Source: an uncultured delta proteobacterium (lineage in GTDB: Bacteria; Myxococcota_A; Polyangia; Polyangiales; Polyangiaceae). Taken from it: a stretch of DNA of 64,000 nucleotides. The notes beneath the pieces were generated by a model. That model was not told the DNA's origin. It ran no database searches and was given only the letters and a program-made list of their open reading frames with translations. Shown piece after piece: positions 19,802 to 29,589 of the stretch. Location: contig CAVQAT010000008.1 of the NCBI GenBank assembly GCA_963710555.1, positions 2,664,849-2,728,848 of the forward strand, read 5' to 3'. How positions within the stretch are numbered: position 1 is the stretch's first letter; the number at the start of each line of letters is the position of its first letter. The position numbers and the translations under genes are program-made.

Positions 19802-21979
19802 TCATGAGTCGAATGCTTGATCTATCGAAGTGGGCGTTATTTGGACGGCGACGCGCGCCAGAGAGACCGCGCAGCGCTTAAACTCAGGGATTTTTGAGCT
19901 TGGATCGATGAGTCCGCTGGTGAGCAAATTGATCGAAGAGGTGCCACCCCAGTGGAACGGCACAAAGATGGTGTCGAGTCGTTCCGCAGTGCTCAGTTTC
20001 ACTCGGAAGAGCGCTTTGCCGCGTCGAGTTGAGAGTGCGACCCACTCGCCGTCGCCGAGTTTGAGCGTTGCCGCAAGGCCCGGGTGAATGTGCGCGAAGG
20101 GCTCAGGCTCGGCATCGCTGAGCACCTGAACGCGCCGGGTCTGGGTGCCGGTTTGGTACTGGGAAAGCAATCGGCCGGTAGTGAGGTAGAAGGGGTAGGC
20201 TTCGCTCACCTGTTCGGCTGACTCAACAAATTGCGTCTCTGAGAAGATCGCTTTCTTGTCGTCCGTGGCAAATCCATTTTCGAAAGGACGCGGGGTCCCT
20301 TCATACTGGCTTGTTGAACACGGCCAGAAGAGCTCTTCTTCGGCGTCGAGTCGCTGGTAGCTCATCGCAGAGTAGTCAGCGACTCCGCCCGCGCTGGCTC
20401 TACACAGCTCCTCGAAAACTTCAGCCGGGTCTGCGCTGATCAGCTGTCCCTTCCCGAGACGCGAGGCTAGGCCGTGAAGGACTTCGAGATCGGTGAGAAC
20501 TTGACTGGGCGGATCAACTGCTTTTCTCCGTCGCAATAGCCGTCCCTCCAAGTTCGTCATCGTCCCGTCGTGTTCCGCCCAATGACAGATCGGCAACACA
20601 ACGTCTGCCACCTCTGCCGTTTCAGAAAGGAAAGCGTCAGAAACCACAAGCAGATCGAGACGTTTCAGAGCCTTTTTTACCTGCTCGGCGTTCGGTGAGG
20701 AAACTAGGAGATTTGATCCGAAGACGAGCAGAGCGGACAGGCCGCCGAGCTTCCCGAGGTCTTCCAGCATCTCGGTGGCCGAGGTGCCTGGGCCGGGCAG
20801 GTCAGACTCTTCGACGCCCCATATGTCAGCTACGAATTTTCGATCATCTGCGTTTCGCAGACTGCGATAGCCTGGCAACTGGTCGGACTTCTGTCCGTGC
20901 TCCCGGCCTCCCTGGCCGTTGCCTTGACCTGTAATGCAGCCAAAGCCGCTTCCTTGGCGTCCGAACTGTCCCAACGCGAGGGTCAGATTGATGAAGGCGG
21001 TGACGTTCTGCACACCGTGACTCTGCTGCTCTGGACCCCTTGCGGTGAGGATAGTGACGGTCTCGGCGGCACCCAGCATCTCGCTGGCTTTTTCCAAGTC
21101 GGCAATCGCTAGCCCGGTGAGACGTTCCACTCGGTCGGGCCAATATTGACCAATGGCACGCCGTACAGCAGCAAAACCGTTGGTGTGATTCTCGATGAAT
21201 TCCTCATCGATCTTGCGATCCCGGGTAAGGATGTGAAGAAGCCCGTTAGCAAGCGCAACGTCTGTGCCCGGAGTGAGCGCCAGGTGAAGGTCAGCGTATT
21301 CGGCAGTTTTCGTTCGACGGGGGTCGATGACGATGAGCTTGCCTCCTGCTGCCTTCTGCTCGTCAAAGTACTGCATGAGCGGAGGCATCGTTGCGGCGGG
21401 GTTAGCGCCGACAAGCACGATCAGCTTTGCGTGGACCAGATCGGAGAGCGGAAACGGGATCCCTCGGTCAACGCCAAATGCTTTCTGTAGAGCTACAGCC
21501 GCCGAGGCCATGCAGTAGCGACCGTTGTAATCGATGTTCTTCGTGCGCAGCACGGCGCGAGCGAACTTGCCGAGGCTGTAAGCAGCCTCGTTCGTGAGAC
21601 CACCTCCGCCAAATAGACCCACGACGTCTCGGCCGCGGCGTTCCTGCAATTCGCTGATCCGTTTCGCGACAAAATCAAGTGCCGTGGCGGGGCTTACGGG
21701 CCGTAGGGGGGATCTCTTGGTTGTACGAATGTAGGCCGTCGTCAGACGATCACGTGCAGCAAACAGGTCCGCGGCGTTCCACCCTTTCTTGCACATCGCC
21801 CCTCGATTGGTGGGGAAATCCCGCGCATCCACCGTTATTCTCGCCGCGTCCGAGCCGTCGCTGGCCAAAGGTGTGGTGCCTTCGACCCGAATAGTCATTC
21901 CGCATTGCAAGGCGCAGTAAGGGCAGTGGGAGTCTGTTACTTTCGCGACTTCTTCGATGAATGTTTCGCTTCCCGCCAC
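19802..21979 (-). CDS. nasA: assimilatory nitrate reductase catalytic subunit (molybdopterin oxidoreductase, NasA/NarB-type)
   Basis: N-terminal 4Fe-4S motif CPYCALQCG. Molybdopterin oxidoreductase and molybdopterin dinucleotide-binding domain patterns. 725 aa. Confidence 0.9.
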   Translation of the reverse strand: MAGSETFIEEVAKVTDSHCPYCALQCGMTIRVEGTTPLASDGSDAARITVDARDFPTNRGAMCKKGWNAADLFAARDRLTTAYIRTTKRSPLRPVSPATALDFVAKRISELQERRGRDVVGLFGGGGLTNEAAYSLGKFARAVLRTKNIDYNGRYCMASAAVALQKAFGVDRGIPFPLSDLVHAKLIVLVGANPAATMPPLMQYFDEQKAAGGKLIVIDPRRTKTAEYADLHLALTPGTDVALANGLLHILTRDRKIDEEFIENHTNGFAAVRRAIGQYWPDRVERLTGLAIADLEKASEMLGAAETVTILTARGPEQQSHGVQNVTAFINLTLALGQFGRQGSGFGCITGQGNGQGGREHGQKSDQLPGYRSLRNADDRKFVADIWGVEESDLPGPGTSATEMLEDLGKLGGLSALLVFGSNLLVSSPNAEQVKKALKRLDLLVVSDAFLSETAEVADVVLPICHWAEHDGTMTNLEGRLLRRRKAVDPPSQVLTDLEVLHGLASRLGKGQLISADPAEVFEELCRASAGGVADYSAMSYQRLDAEEELFWPCSTSQYEGTPRPFENGFATDDKKAIFSETQFVESAEQVSEAYPFYLTTGRLLSQYQTGTQTRRVQVLSDAEPEPFAHIHPGLAATLKLGDGEWVALSTRRGKALFRVKLSTAERLDTIFVPFHWGGTSSINLLTSGLIDPSSKIPEFKRCAVSLARVAVQITPTSIDQAFDS

Positions 21980-22129
21980 CTAATCCGGATAGCCCTGCAC
22001 ATGTTCCCAGCGGGTGTCTTGGTCTTTGCCAGCGGCGTCGGAAGGCCCGGATCTTGTGATTCATTGGTCAGTATTCCAGGGGCCTCGAAATCAGCGCGGA
22101 GATCTCCGTTTCGCGCGCTAGGCTGAAGG

Positions 22130-23155
22130 ATGTCGAGTTTTGCCAGCGATAATTACGCGGGGATTTGCCCAGAGGCTTTTCAGGCACTTCAGGACGCAAA
22201 TCAGGGACATGCTGCTGCCTATGGCGACGACGCTTGGACTGAGCGAGTCGCGAATCGAATGCGGGAACTGTTTGACTGCGACTGCGATGTCTATTTTGTG
22301 TTCAATGGGACTGCCGCTAACTCTCTGGCGCTCGCTTCGCTCTGCCAGAGCTACCACAGCGTGGTGTGTCATCAGTTTGCGCATATTTCCACTGACGAAT
22401 GCGGGGGTCCGGAGTTCTTCTCCAACGGCTCGAAGTTACTTCCCTGCCAGGGAGACCACGGCAAGCTGTCGCTGGATGCAGTCAGACGGCTGGTTTTCAG
22501 TCGTACCGACATTCACTTTCCGAAGCCGCGAGTCCTGACACTTACCCAGTCGACTGAAGTCGGTACTGTCTATTCTCTTGATGAGATCAATCAGCTCACC
22601 GAATTCGCCAAGCATCACGGACTCCGCGTGCATATGGACGGTGCACGTTTTGCGAATGCGATTGCTTCCTTGGGCGTGAGCCCTGCTGATGCAACCTGGC
22701 GAGCAGGAGTCGATGTCTTGTGCTTTGGTGGGACGAAGATGGGACTGCCTGTGGGAGAGGCAGTTGTCTTCTTCGACCGGACACTTTCCGAGGACTTTGC
22801 CTGGCGTTGTAAACAAGCCGGACAGTTGGCTTCAAAAATGCGGTTTCTCGCTGCGCCTTGGTTAGGAATGTTGGAGGACAACGTTTGGCAAAAGCATGCG
22901 AATCATTCGAACTCGATGGCCCAACGCTTGTCAAAATAGATGCTCACCGTCCCCGGTGTGAGTCTGTCGTATCCCACTCAAGCCAATGGAGTGTTTCTTC
23001 GTATGCCGAGCCAGATGCAGGAAAACCTCCGCGCTCGAGGGTGGCATTTCTACTCGTTTCTTGCAGCTGGCGACGTTCGCTTGATGTGCGCGTGGGACAC
23101 GACACAAGAATTGGTTGACGCATTGGTGACTGATGCGAAGGCGTGCGCTGAATGA
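22130..23155 (+). pseudogene. ltaE: low-specificity L-threonine aldolase (beta-eliminating lyase family) interrupted by an in-frame TAG at 22937-22939
   Basis: Strong similarity along its length to LtaE (FASDNYAGICPEA ... CFGGTKMG ... KQAGQLASKMRFLAAPW ... ANGVFL). ORFs 22130..22939 and 22940..23155 are in the same frame, separated only by TAG. Confidence 0.75.
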
Positions 23156-23332
23156 TCGAATGAAGCCCCGGGCTCCGGAGCGGCCGCTGAGAGTTACGGT
23201 ATGTCGAAATACGGGCGTTATCTTCGTTTTGCCAGAACGATTCATTGCTCGTACCGAGCGGCGGCTTTGTACTAGCTTGATTGGGGGAGAAGGTAGGTTG
23301 ATGTCCGTGGGGTCCGGATCGTTTGTCGGTCG

Positions 23333-25471
23333 ATGCGCATTGGATTAAGAAGGAGAATGAGCTTCTCCGATGGGCGCGCTATCGACATCATGGCCCCCAT
23401 TCGAGCAGCGGTCGTTCGCTACTTTGCGCTATTAGCCGGGGCTGCCGTTCTTGTGCTCTTGATGAGCGCGCCGCTAAGAGGCGAGCCACCCGCTATCCTG
23501 GGGAGTTACATCGCTCTCTTGGTCGTGTTCGCGGTCGCCTATCGAGTACGACACTCGCGCCCCTCGCTGGCAGGAGCGCTTTGCGCTCTTGGACCGCTCG
23601 TGCTTGTGACTGTGATGGTGCAAGTGCGAGGCGGGATCTCGAATCCCGCCGCCATCGCAGCCTATATCACGCTTATCACAACCACCGGACTCTGCTGGAG
23701 CTCGCGAGGGACTTTGATTGTGGCGATTCTGGCTGCTGCAATCCTCGCCTACTTTGTTGCGAACGGTCCGGTCGATGCACCTTACAATAAGCTCCAGCAG
23801 TGGGCGGAGCTTGCTATTCAGCTGTTGATCGTTTCCGGCATTGTGCGCTTGACGCTGCGCGCGCTTACGAAGAGCGCCAATGATGCACTCGCCCAGGAGA
23901 AGAGGTTTCAAGAAGTAATCGAGGCATCGCCCGATGGAATCATCGGCGTCAACGCGCTAGGCAGTATCAAAGTGTTTAATCGAAGCGCCGCGCAGTTGAG
24001 TGGCGTCGAGAAGTCTTCTGCTCGTGGCAAGACGATTGCGGACTTGAATTGGCTTTCTGCAGACTCGCTGAGGCAGGTTGAGAGTGTGATGCTCCAGACT
24101 TTGGAGGGAGCGAGTTGCGAGGCCTTTGAGCTGACTTCAACGAGCGGTACGTCGCTCGAAGTGAGTGTTTCGCTGATCACTCATCAGGAGGGCGAGTCGA
24201 ATCGCCTTGTGACGGTACGAGACGTCACCGAGCGAGCACGTGCGCGACAAGCACAAGAGGCTCTCGAAGCGCGCCTCTCTCATTCGAAATCCATCGATGC
24301 TCTCGGGCGTTTAGCAGGTGGAGTGGCGCATGATTTCAATAATCTGCTGACCGTTATTTCTGGCAGTGCTGAAATGATGAGGAGTCGAGAGACAGGCAAC
24401 CAAGGTATTCTCAAGGACCTGGCACTCATTGAAGCGGCCTCCGATCGGGCCGCGAAATTGACAGCTCAACTGCTCGCCTTTGGTCGCAAACAAGTGATGC
24501 AGCCCAGCGTCCTTCGACCCGATGCCGTACTTCGTGGCCTTCAGCCCATGCTTGAGCGCTTGGTCCCCGCAAACATTGAATTGCGCATGGATCTGGGAGT
24601 CGATGTACCAAATGTGCGTGTTGATGAATCTCGCTTGGAGCAGGTCATCGTCAACTTGGTGAGCAACGCGAGCGATGCAATGCCAGAGGGCGGAGTGTTG
24701 ACCATCGGCACAACCGAAGTGTCACTTTCTGAAACGCAGTTGTTGGACAAGTTCGACGCGAAGCCCGGCGAATACGTTGAAATGAGCATTTCTGATACGG
24801 GGATCGGTATTGAACCAAAGATTCAGGAACGACTGTTTGAGCCATTTTTCACGACGAAGAATGTAGGCAAGGGCACCGGACTGGGTCTGCCAATGGTTCA
24901 GGGGATCGTCGCGCAAAGTGGTGGGGCGATTTCCGTGGAAAGTCTCCCCAATCAAGGCGCGACTTTCCGTGTCTATCTTCCGAAGTGCGGTGAAGAGGCG
25001 ACTTCTCCCCCCCAGTTGGTCAAGCTACAAGCTCTCGAGGTTGGTGCCGCGGTACGGGTCCTGCTGGTTGAGGATGAAGAGGGGGTACGCGACGCGACGG
25101 AAAGAATGCTCAGCTCGCTAGGATACGTGGTGGAGGTCGCTCAAGATGGCCGAAGCGCCTTTGAAGATTACCTCAAACGCGCGACCGAGTTTGATCTGCT
25201 CGTGACCGATGTCGTGATGCCTCATCTGAGTGGGCCTGAACTCGCGGAGCGATTCAAGAAGGCACATCCATCGCTCAGGGTGCTTTTTATCTCCGGCTAC
25301 ACCCAGGAGAGGATCGTTCGAGACGGTGTCTTGCAGGAGGGCGTTCACTACCTGCCGAAGCCGTTCAAACGACAGGCCTTGGCGTCGATGCTCTCGGCGC
25401 TTCAAGCTGAACTCACGGTGCCTGAAGTTGAACGCACAGTGCCTCAAGCAACTCGCGACGCCTCAAGCTGA
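23333..25471 (+). CDS. hybrid sensor histidine kinase / response regulator (multi-TM N-terminus, PAS, HisKA, HATPase_c, C-terminal receiver)
   Basis: 5-6 N-terminal TM helices and a PAS-like region. H-box LGRLAGGVAHDFNNLL, then N/G1/G2 boxes. Receiver with VLLVEDEE ... LLVTDVVMP. Confidence 0.85.
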   Translation: MRIGLRRRMSFSDGRAIDIMAPIRAAVVRYFALLAGAAVLVLLMSAPLRGEPPAILGSYIALLVVFAVAYRVRHSRPSLAGALCALGPLVLVTVMVQVRGGISNPAAIAAYITLITTTGLCWSSRGTLIVAILAAAILAYFVANGPVDAPYNKLQQWAELAIQLLIVSGIVRLTLRALTKSANDALAQEKRFQEVIEASPDGIIGVNALGSIKVFNRSAAQLSGVEKSSARGKTIADLNWLSADSLRQVESVMLQTLEGASCEAFELTSTSGTSLEVSVSLITHQEGESNRLVTVRDVTERARARQAQEALEARLSHSKSIDALGRLAGGVAHDFNNLLTVISGSAEMMRSRETGNQGILKDLALIEAASDRAAKLTAQLLAFGRKQVMQPSVLRPDAVLRGLQPMLERLVPANIELRMDLGVDVPNVRVDESRLEQVIVNLVSNASDAMPEGGVLTIGTTEVSLSETQLLDKFDAKPGEYVEMSISDTGIGIEPKIQERLFEPFFTTKNVGKGTGLGLPMVQGIVAQSGGAISVESLPNQGATFRVYLPKCGEEATSPPQLVKLQALEVGAAVRVLLVEDEEGVRDATERMLSSLGYVVEVAQDGRSAFEDYLKRATEFDLLVTDVVMPHLSGPELAERFKKAHPSLRVLFISGYTQERIVRDGVLQEGVHYLPKPFKRQALASMLSALQAELTVPEVERTVPQATRDASS

Positions 25472-25617
25472 CGGGCGGCTTGTGATCCATCGACCTGCAC
25501 CTTCGACACCAGTAGTTGCAACTGATTTGGTGCGGTCTCTCGTGGGTGAATCCGCGACGTGCTGCCTGGTTGGGTGGCTCTCCAGCGTCAGGAGGTAAAT
25601 TGCGTTATCCTTGACGC

Positions 25618-26377
25618 ATGACTCGGGAGGAATTTTTGGAAGCTCTTCTACTCGTGATGGAGAAGAAAGTGCACTGGGCGTGGCCTCTGTTTGGTCAGGG
25701 CAGAGTGGCCAAGGCGAAGATGCACATCCACCTGGAAAACGAGTACGGCACATTTGTGCGTGATTTTCCGGTGCTGGTGGCGCGCGCCTACGTGCAGTGT
25801 CCCATTGCGGAAGTTCGTCGCGACTTAATTGAGAACGTTTACGAGGAAGAGACGGGGGGCATTGCTGCAGGGCGGCCTCATCCTGAACTCTTCTTGCTCT
25901 ATCCCCAAGGTCTCGGCATGGACTTAGCTCGGTTTGAGCAGGTGGAGCTGTTGCCTGAGGCCAAGCTCTATCGCGCCACGCTCGACGACTACACCGAGCG
26001 CCAAGGATGGGAGATCGCGGCGGCTGTCACGACTCTTTTCCTGGAGGGAACTCCTTATGAGCGGGCCGAGCTCGAATCCTTCGGCCCGGAAACGACCCGC
26101 TCCTCCACTTTCTGAGCACCCTCTCGTCAAGCATTACGGTTTACCAATCGAGAACTTGGAACTCACGCGAGCTCATCGAACGGTCGAAGGGGAGCACCGC
26201 GGAGCCGCATGGCGCATGATTCTGGACCACGTGGCTGACGACATGCGCGTGGCAGTGGTCGAAGCCCTCGATACGACGCGTGTTTCGTGGCTTCACTATC
26301 GCGATGCGGTCGCCAAAGCGTGTGGATTGGACCGCTCGATGCTAGCTTCGTCTGACGAAAACTCCTCCCATGCCTGA
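25618..26377 (+). pseudogene. PqqC/TenA-like (heme-oxygenase-like fold, iron-containing redox enzyme family) gene split by a frameshift near 26085-26110
   Basis: ORF 25618..26115 in frame 1 carries the N-terminal half (HWAWPLFGQG ... FVRDFPVLVARAYVQCP ... ENVYEEETGG). ORF 25934..26377 in frame 2 carries the C-terminal half (TRAHRTVEGEHRGAAW ...). The combined length of about 250 aa is typical. The second frame ends overlapping the next gene's start (ATGCCTGA). Confidence 0.6.
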
Positions 26378-26726
26378 CCAAAAATTTCCTGACGATGAAA
26401 ACGGTGCCGCGCTGCAGCACATGGCCGAACAAGGACTGGATCTCACGGCCGCGCACCAAATTGACTTTGAGTACGTCTTTGCTGACGAAGCATCAGCGCG
26501 GAACTTCGCAGCGGCCGCCACTGAGCTCGCCCTGGAAGTTGGGGTGCGTCCGCCAGTCGACGGAGACGATGACGAATGGGAAGTGCAATGCCGCAAGCGC
26601 ATGGTGCCCACTCATCCCGAGATCACGGCCGTCGAACAGCAGTTGGATAAGATTTCGGAGAAGTATGCCGGCGAGTCTGATGGTTGGGGGCTCACGAGTC
26701 ATCCTGATGGCTCCCCTGTGAAGTGA
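26370..26726 (+). CDS. RraB-family (regulator of ribonuclease activity B-like) protein
   Basis: 118 aa and acidic. IDFEYVF ... DGWG pattern of PF06877. Confidence 0.6.
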   Translation: MPDQKFPDDENGAALQHMAEQGLDLTAAHQIDFEYVFADEASARNFAAAATELALEVGVRPPVDGDDDEWEVQCRKRMVPTHPEITAVEQQLDKISEKYAGESDGWGLTSHPDGSPVK

Positions 26727-26729
26727 GGC

Positions 26730-27326
26730 TCAGGGCAACCAGACCTCGCCGGTTTCACAGGAGATGTGCCTCGCTTCTAAGCGCTGAGGGCTCACGTCGA
26801 GGACCCCGAATGTGATCGGCAGGTTGAAACGTCGCGGTCCGATTGAGCCGGGATTGATCATGGAGACCCCGCGGTCGGTGCCAATGAATGGCACATGAGA
26901 ATGCCCACACACCACCATCGTGCAATTGTGCGCCTTCGCCAAGGCGCGCGCGTCGGCGCGGAGCTTGGGGCCGTAAACGGCAATGTGAGTGAGCAGGAGG
27001 CGGAAAACCGGCTTCCCGGCGCTTTCGAAAGAAATGTCGATCGAATCCGCGAGTTCGGGGGCGTGGGGATCGATGTTGCCTCTTACAAAGTGCAGGGGTG
27101 CGAGCTTCTTGAATGGCGCGAGCACGGCCAAGTCTCCGATGTCCCCGCCATGGAGGATCAAGTCGGGGTTCTGGGCCTTCACGTGTTTGACGGCGTCTTT
27201 GTGCGCTTTGCTATGGGTGTCGGAAATCAGTGCGACTCGGCAGCTGCCTGTCGACGGCAACGCGAAGACCTCAGAGACATGGCGCAGCTGAGCGCCTTGG
27301 GAGGACTTCTTGCGGGCGGTAACCAT
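26730..27326 (-). CDS. metallophosphoesterase (calcineurin-like, YfcE-type)
   Basis: Metal-binding motifs ISDTH, GD(IG)D, GNID and GHSH. Start chosen at MVTARK (27326) rather than the listed 27395. Confidence 0.8.
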   Translation of the reverse strand: MVTARKKSSQGAQLRHVSEVFALPSTGSCRVALISDTHSKAHKDAVKHVKAQNPDLILHGGDIGDLAVLAPFKKLAPLHFVRGNIDPHAPELADSIDISFESAGKPVFRLLLTHIAVYGPKLRADARALAKAHNCTMVVCGHSHVPFIGTDRGVSMINPGSIGPRRFNLPITFGVLDVSPQRLEARHISCETGEVWLP

Positions 27327-27507
27327 GAGGCTCGCCCTTGTACAGCAAAAGGTCTTGGCGGTCGCCTCGTGCTGAGCGAAGCCAAGATGGCGCAATTTAT
27401 GCTCTGTTGGGGACGCGGATGTTGAAATCTTAGCGCGCAGGGTAGGAGGCCCTGTCAGATATGGGTTAGGCTTTCCCCCTCTTGAAGCCGAGTTGTGAGG
27501 GCACCAG

Positions 27508-28632
27508 TTGATGATATCCGAGGACGAGCGGCACGCCCACCTGAACGACGAATATGTTCCTCAGCCGATAAAGAACCGCAGGCAGTGGCAGCGATGGCCG
27601 TTTCGCGTGGCCTTCGCACTTTTCGCGCTGGCGGTTGTGGTGCTGATCGGGGGCATTTCGATCTATGTGAGTGGTGAGGGAGAGTATAGCTTTGCCCAGT
27701 CCGCCTATTTTTCGCTCATTACCGTTTCAACGGTCGGCTACGGGGAGCTGCCTCACCTTCAGCAACATCCGTGGGCCCGTTTGGTTTCAGGGGCGACGAT
27801 CGTCACTGGATTGATCGTTCTTTCATTGTTTCAGTCAACGCTTACAGCTCTCTTTGTCGAGGGAGTGATGGGGCGTGCAGTCCGGAGGCGCCGCATGAAC
27901 AAGGCCATTGAAAAACTAGAGGGCCACTACATCTTGGTGGGTTCAGGTCGCGTTGGCAGGTATGTCGCCGAAGATCTGTACCGCATGGGACATCAGTTCG
28001 TGATCATCGAGCAGAATCCGGCGGCAGTGCATCATGTGGAGGCCGAGCTTGGCCGCGAAGTGCTGCACATTGAAGGTAGCGCCACCGACGATGAAGTCCT
28101 GCTCGCCGCAGGGATTGAGCGCGCGAAGGGATTGGTGACGACTCTATCTCTCGACCGCGATAATCTCTTCGTGACTCTTTCCGCGAGAACAATGAATGCC
28201 GAACTTCGTATTCTTTCCAAAGTGGTGAATTCGACGAACGAGGGAAAGTTTCTGAGAGCTGGAGCGAACGCGACGGTAAGCCCACAGAGCATTGGAGGGA
28301 GGCGACTTGCGCAAGATCTCGTTCAGCCTCATGCGACAGCGTTCGTTGAAAGCATCATGCAGCTCCCCAAGGGCATCGGGTTTCACGACTTATTTCTTAA
28401 TCACGGTAGCTTCCTTTCAGGAAAGGCTCTTCGTGAGGCCGGATTGAGGGAAAAATATGATCTCCTCGTGGTTGGATTCCTTCGAGAACACGGCACCTAC
28501 GACTACAACCCGCCCGGTGAAGCCATCCTGGAACCCGGTTCTCATCTCTTCGTTCTCGGGCATCCAGAAGACGCGCAAAGACTGCGCAAGGATCTTGCCG
28601 GAAGTCTAGCGGGTTCCGCCGGCGCAAGCTGA
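27508..28632 (+). CDS. potassium channel with a cytoplasmic RCK (TrkA-N/TrkA-C) gating domain
   Basis: Two TM helices plus a pore helix with the selectivity filter TVSTVGYGE. Rossmann HYILVGSGRVGRYV of TrkA-N and a TrkA-C-like C-terminus. Confidence 0.85.
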   Translation: MMISEDERHAHLNDEYVPQPIKNRRQWQRWPFRVAFALFALAVVVLIGGISIYVSGEGEYSFAQSAYFSLITVSTVGYGELPHLQQHPWARLVSGATIVTGLIVLSLFQSTLTALFVEGVMGRAVRRRRMNKAIEKLEGHYILVGSGRVGRYVAEDLYRMGHQFVIIEQNPAAVHHVEAELGREVLHIEGSATDDEVLLAAGIERAKGLVTTLSLDRDNLFVTLSARTMNAELRILSKVVNSTNEGKFLRAGANATVSPQSIGGRRLAQDLVQPHATAFVESIMQLPKGIGFHDLFLNHGSFLSGKALREAGLREKYDLLVVGFLREHGTYDYNPPGEAILEPGSHLFVLGHPEDAQRLRKDLAGSLAGSAGAS

Positions 28633-28679
28633 GTGAGCCCCTCCATAAGTCTGAATTGTGCAGAAATCCTTGCAGGGTA

Positions 28680-28703
28680 GATTTTGGAAACGTTTCCAAA
28701 ATC
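28680..28703. promoter_or_regulatory. 24-bp perfect palindrome GATTTTGGAAACGTTTCCAAAATC (candidate operator for a dimeric regulator)
   Basis: Exact reverse-complement symmetry read directly from the sequence. Lies in the 310-bp intergenic region between the K+ channel gene and the 154-aa ORF. Confidence 0.4.
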
Positions 28704-28942
28704 GACCTTGCTGAGGACTCACTCAATGCGCTTTTCCAGTCTCGCTGTCTTGGGTGCACAAAGGTTCATGAAACATCCAGTTTCGGTGGTCGCTTCCTCG
28801 AAACCACGTCTTCATCGGTTTGCGCTTCGTGGCACTGGCGGCGCAACGTCCTATCGTGAGTCCTGGGGCGCACGCGCGGTGCCAGCTTGATTGAGGAGGC
28901 TATCTCTGTGAGTTTGCGGATCCCCCTAGAAGGAAAAATTCG

Positions 28943-29407
28943 ATGACAGAATGGCTATATAAGGCGACCGAAACAAAAATGACATTCGAGGAGACTCGGG
29001 ATCTGGCTCTGAAGAGAGGGTTCCTTTGTCGGTGCGCCCACAAGCCGACCGGTGTGCTGAACACCAACACGAAGAACGTAGAGTTCAAGGATCTTCTGCA
29101 CGTCTACTATGTCGGAGCTGAGGGGGCGGAGGTGATTGGTTCATTCGAGGTGAGCAGCCCCAGGCATCATCCCGAGCCGGAACTTTTTGGAGGCACGGTG
29201 AATCGAACCACGCTTCGCATGGTCAAGGATGAGGCCTTCGCCGAAGAACTTCGAAGTTCTGGTACAGGGTCCGGAGAAGGCTACATCGAAGACCAAAAAG
29301 AAGGCTGCTTCACCGGTTGGGCTTTGAACCATCTTCCCGATGTTGAAACCCCCGCCTTCATTCCCGAGTCCTTTCCGGGGCAACAGGTATTGGTCAAGGC
29401 GCTGTAG
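28943..29407 (+). CDS. hypothetical protein (possibly a PUA-like/EVE-like beta-barrel; tentative)
   Basis: 154-aa ORF starting MTEWLYK. Followed by a strong intrinsic terminator. No confident family assignment. Confidence 0.45.
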   Translation: MTEWLYKATETKMTFEETRDLALKRGFLCRCAHKPTGVLNTNTKNVEFKDLLHVYYVGAEGAEVIGSFEVSSPRHHPEPELFGGTVNRTTLRMVKDEAFAEELRSSGTGSGEGYIEDQKEGCFTGWALNHLPDVETPAFIPESFPGQQVLVKAL

Positions 29408-29444
29408 GGGGCAGGTCGCCATTCACCGAACCAAGTTCGGTGTT

Positions 29445-29478
29445 AAAAAGGGCTCCTCGATCGAGGGGCCCTTTTTTG
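29445..29478. terminator. bidirectional rho-independent terminator (A5 - GC-rich 10-bp stem - T6)
   Basis: AAAAAGGGCTCCTCGATCGAGGGGCCCTTTTTT. Sits between convergent genes (28943..29407 on + and 29590..30195 on -). Confidence 0.7.
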
Positions 29479-29589
29479 TCACAAGTCGACTCAGCGAGTG
29501 AGGACCATGCAAGCAGGCACTAGATTGTCCGCGGGGTCACGGTTGTTCGTTGAATTGCATTCCTCGATTGTGTCGAGAGGATCGACGAC

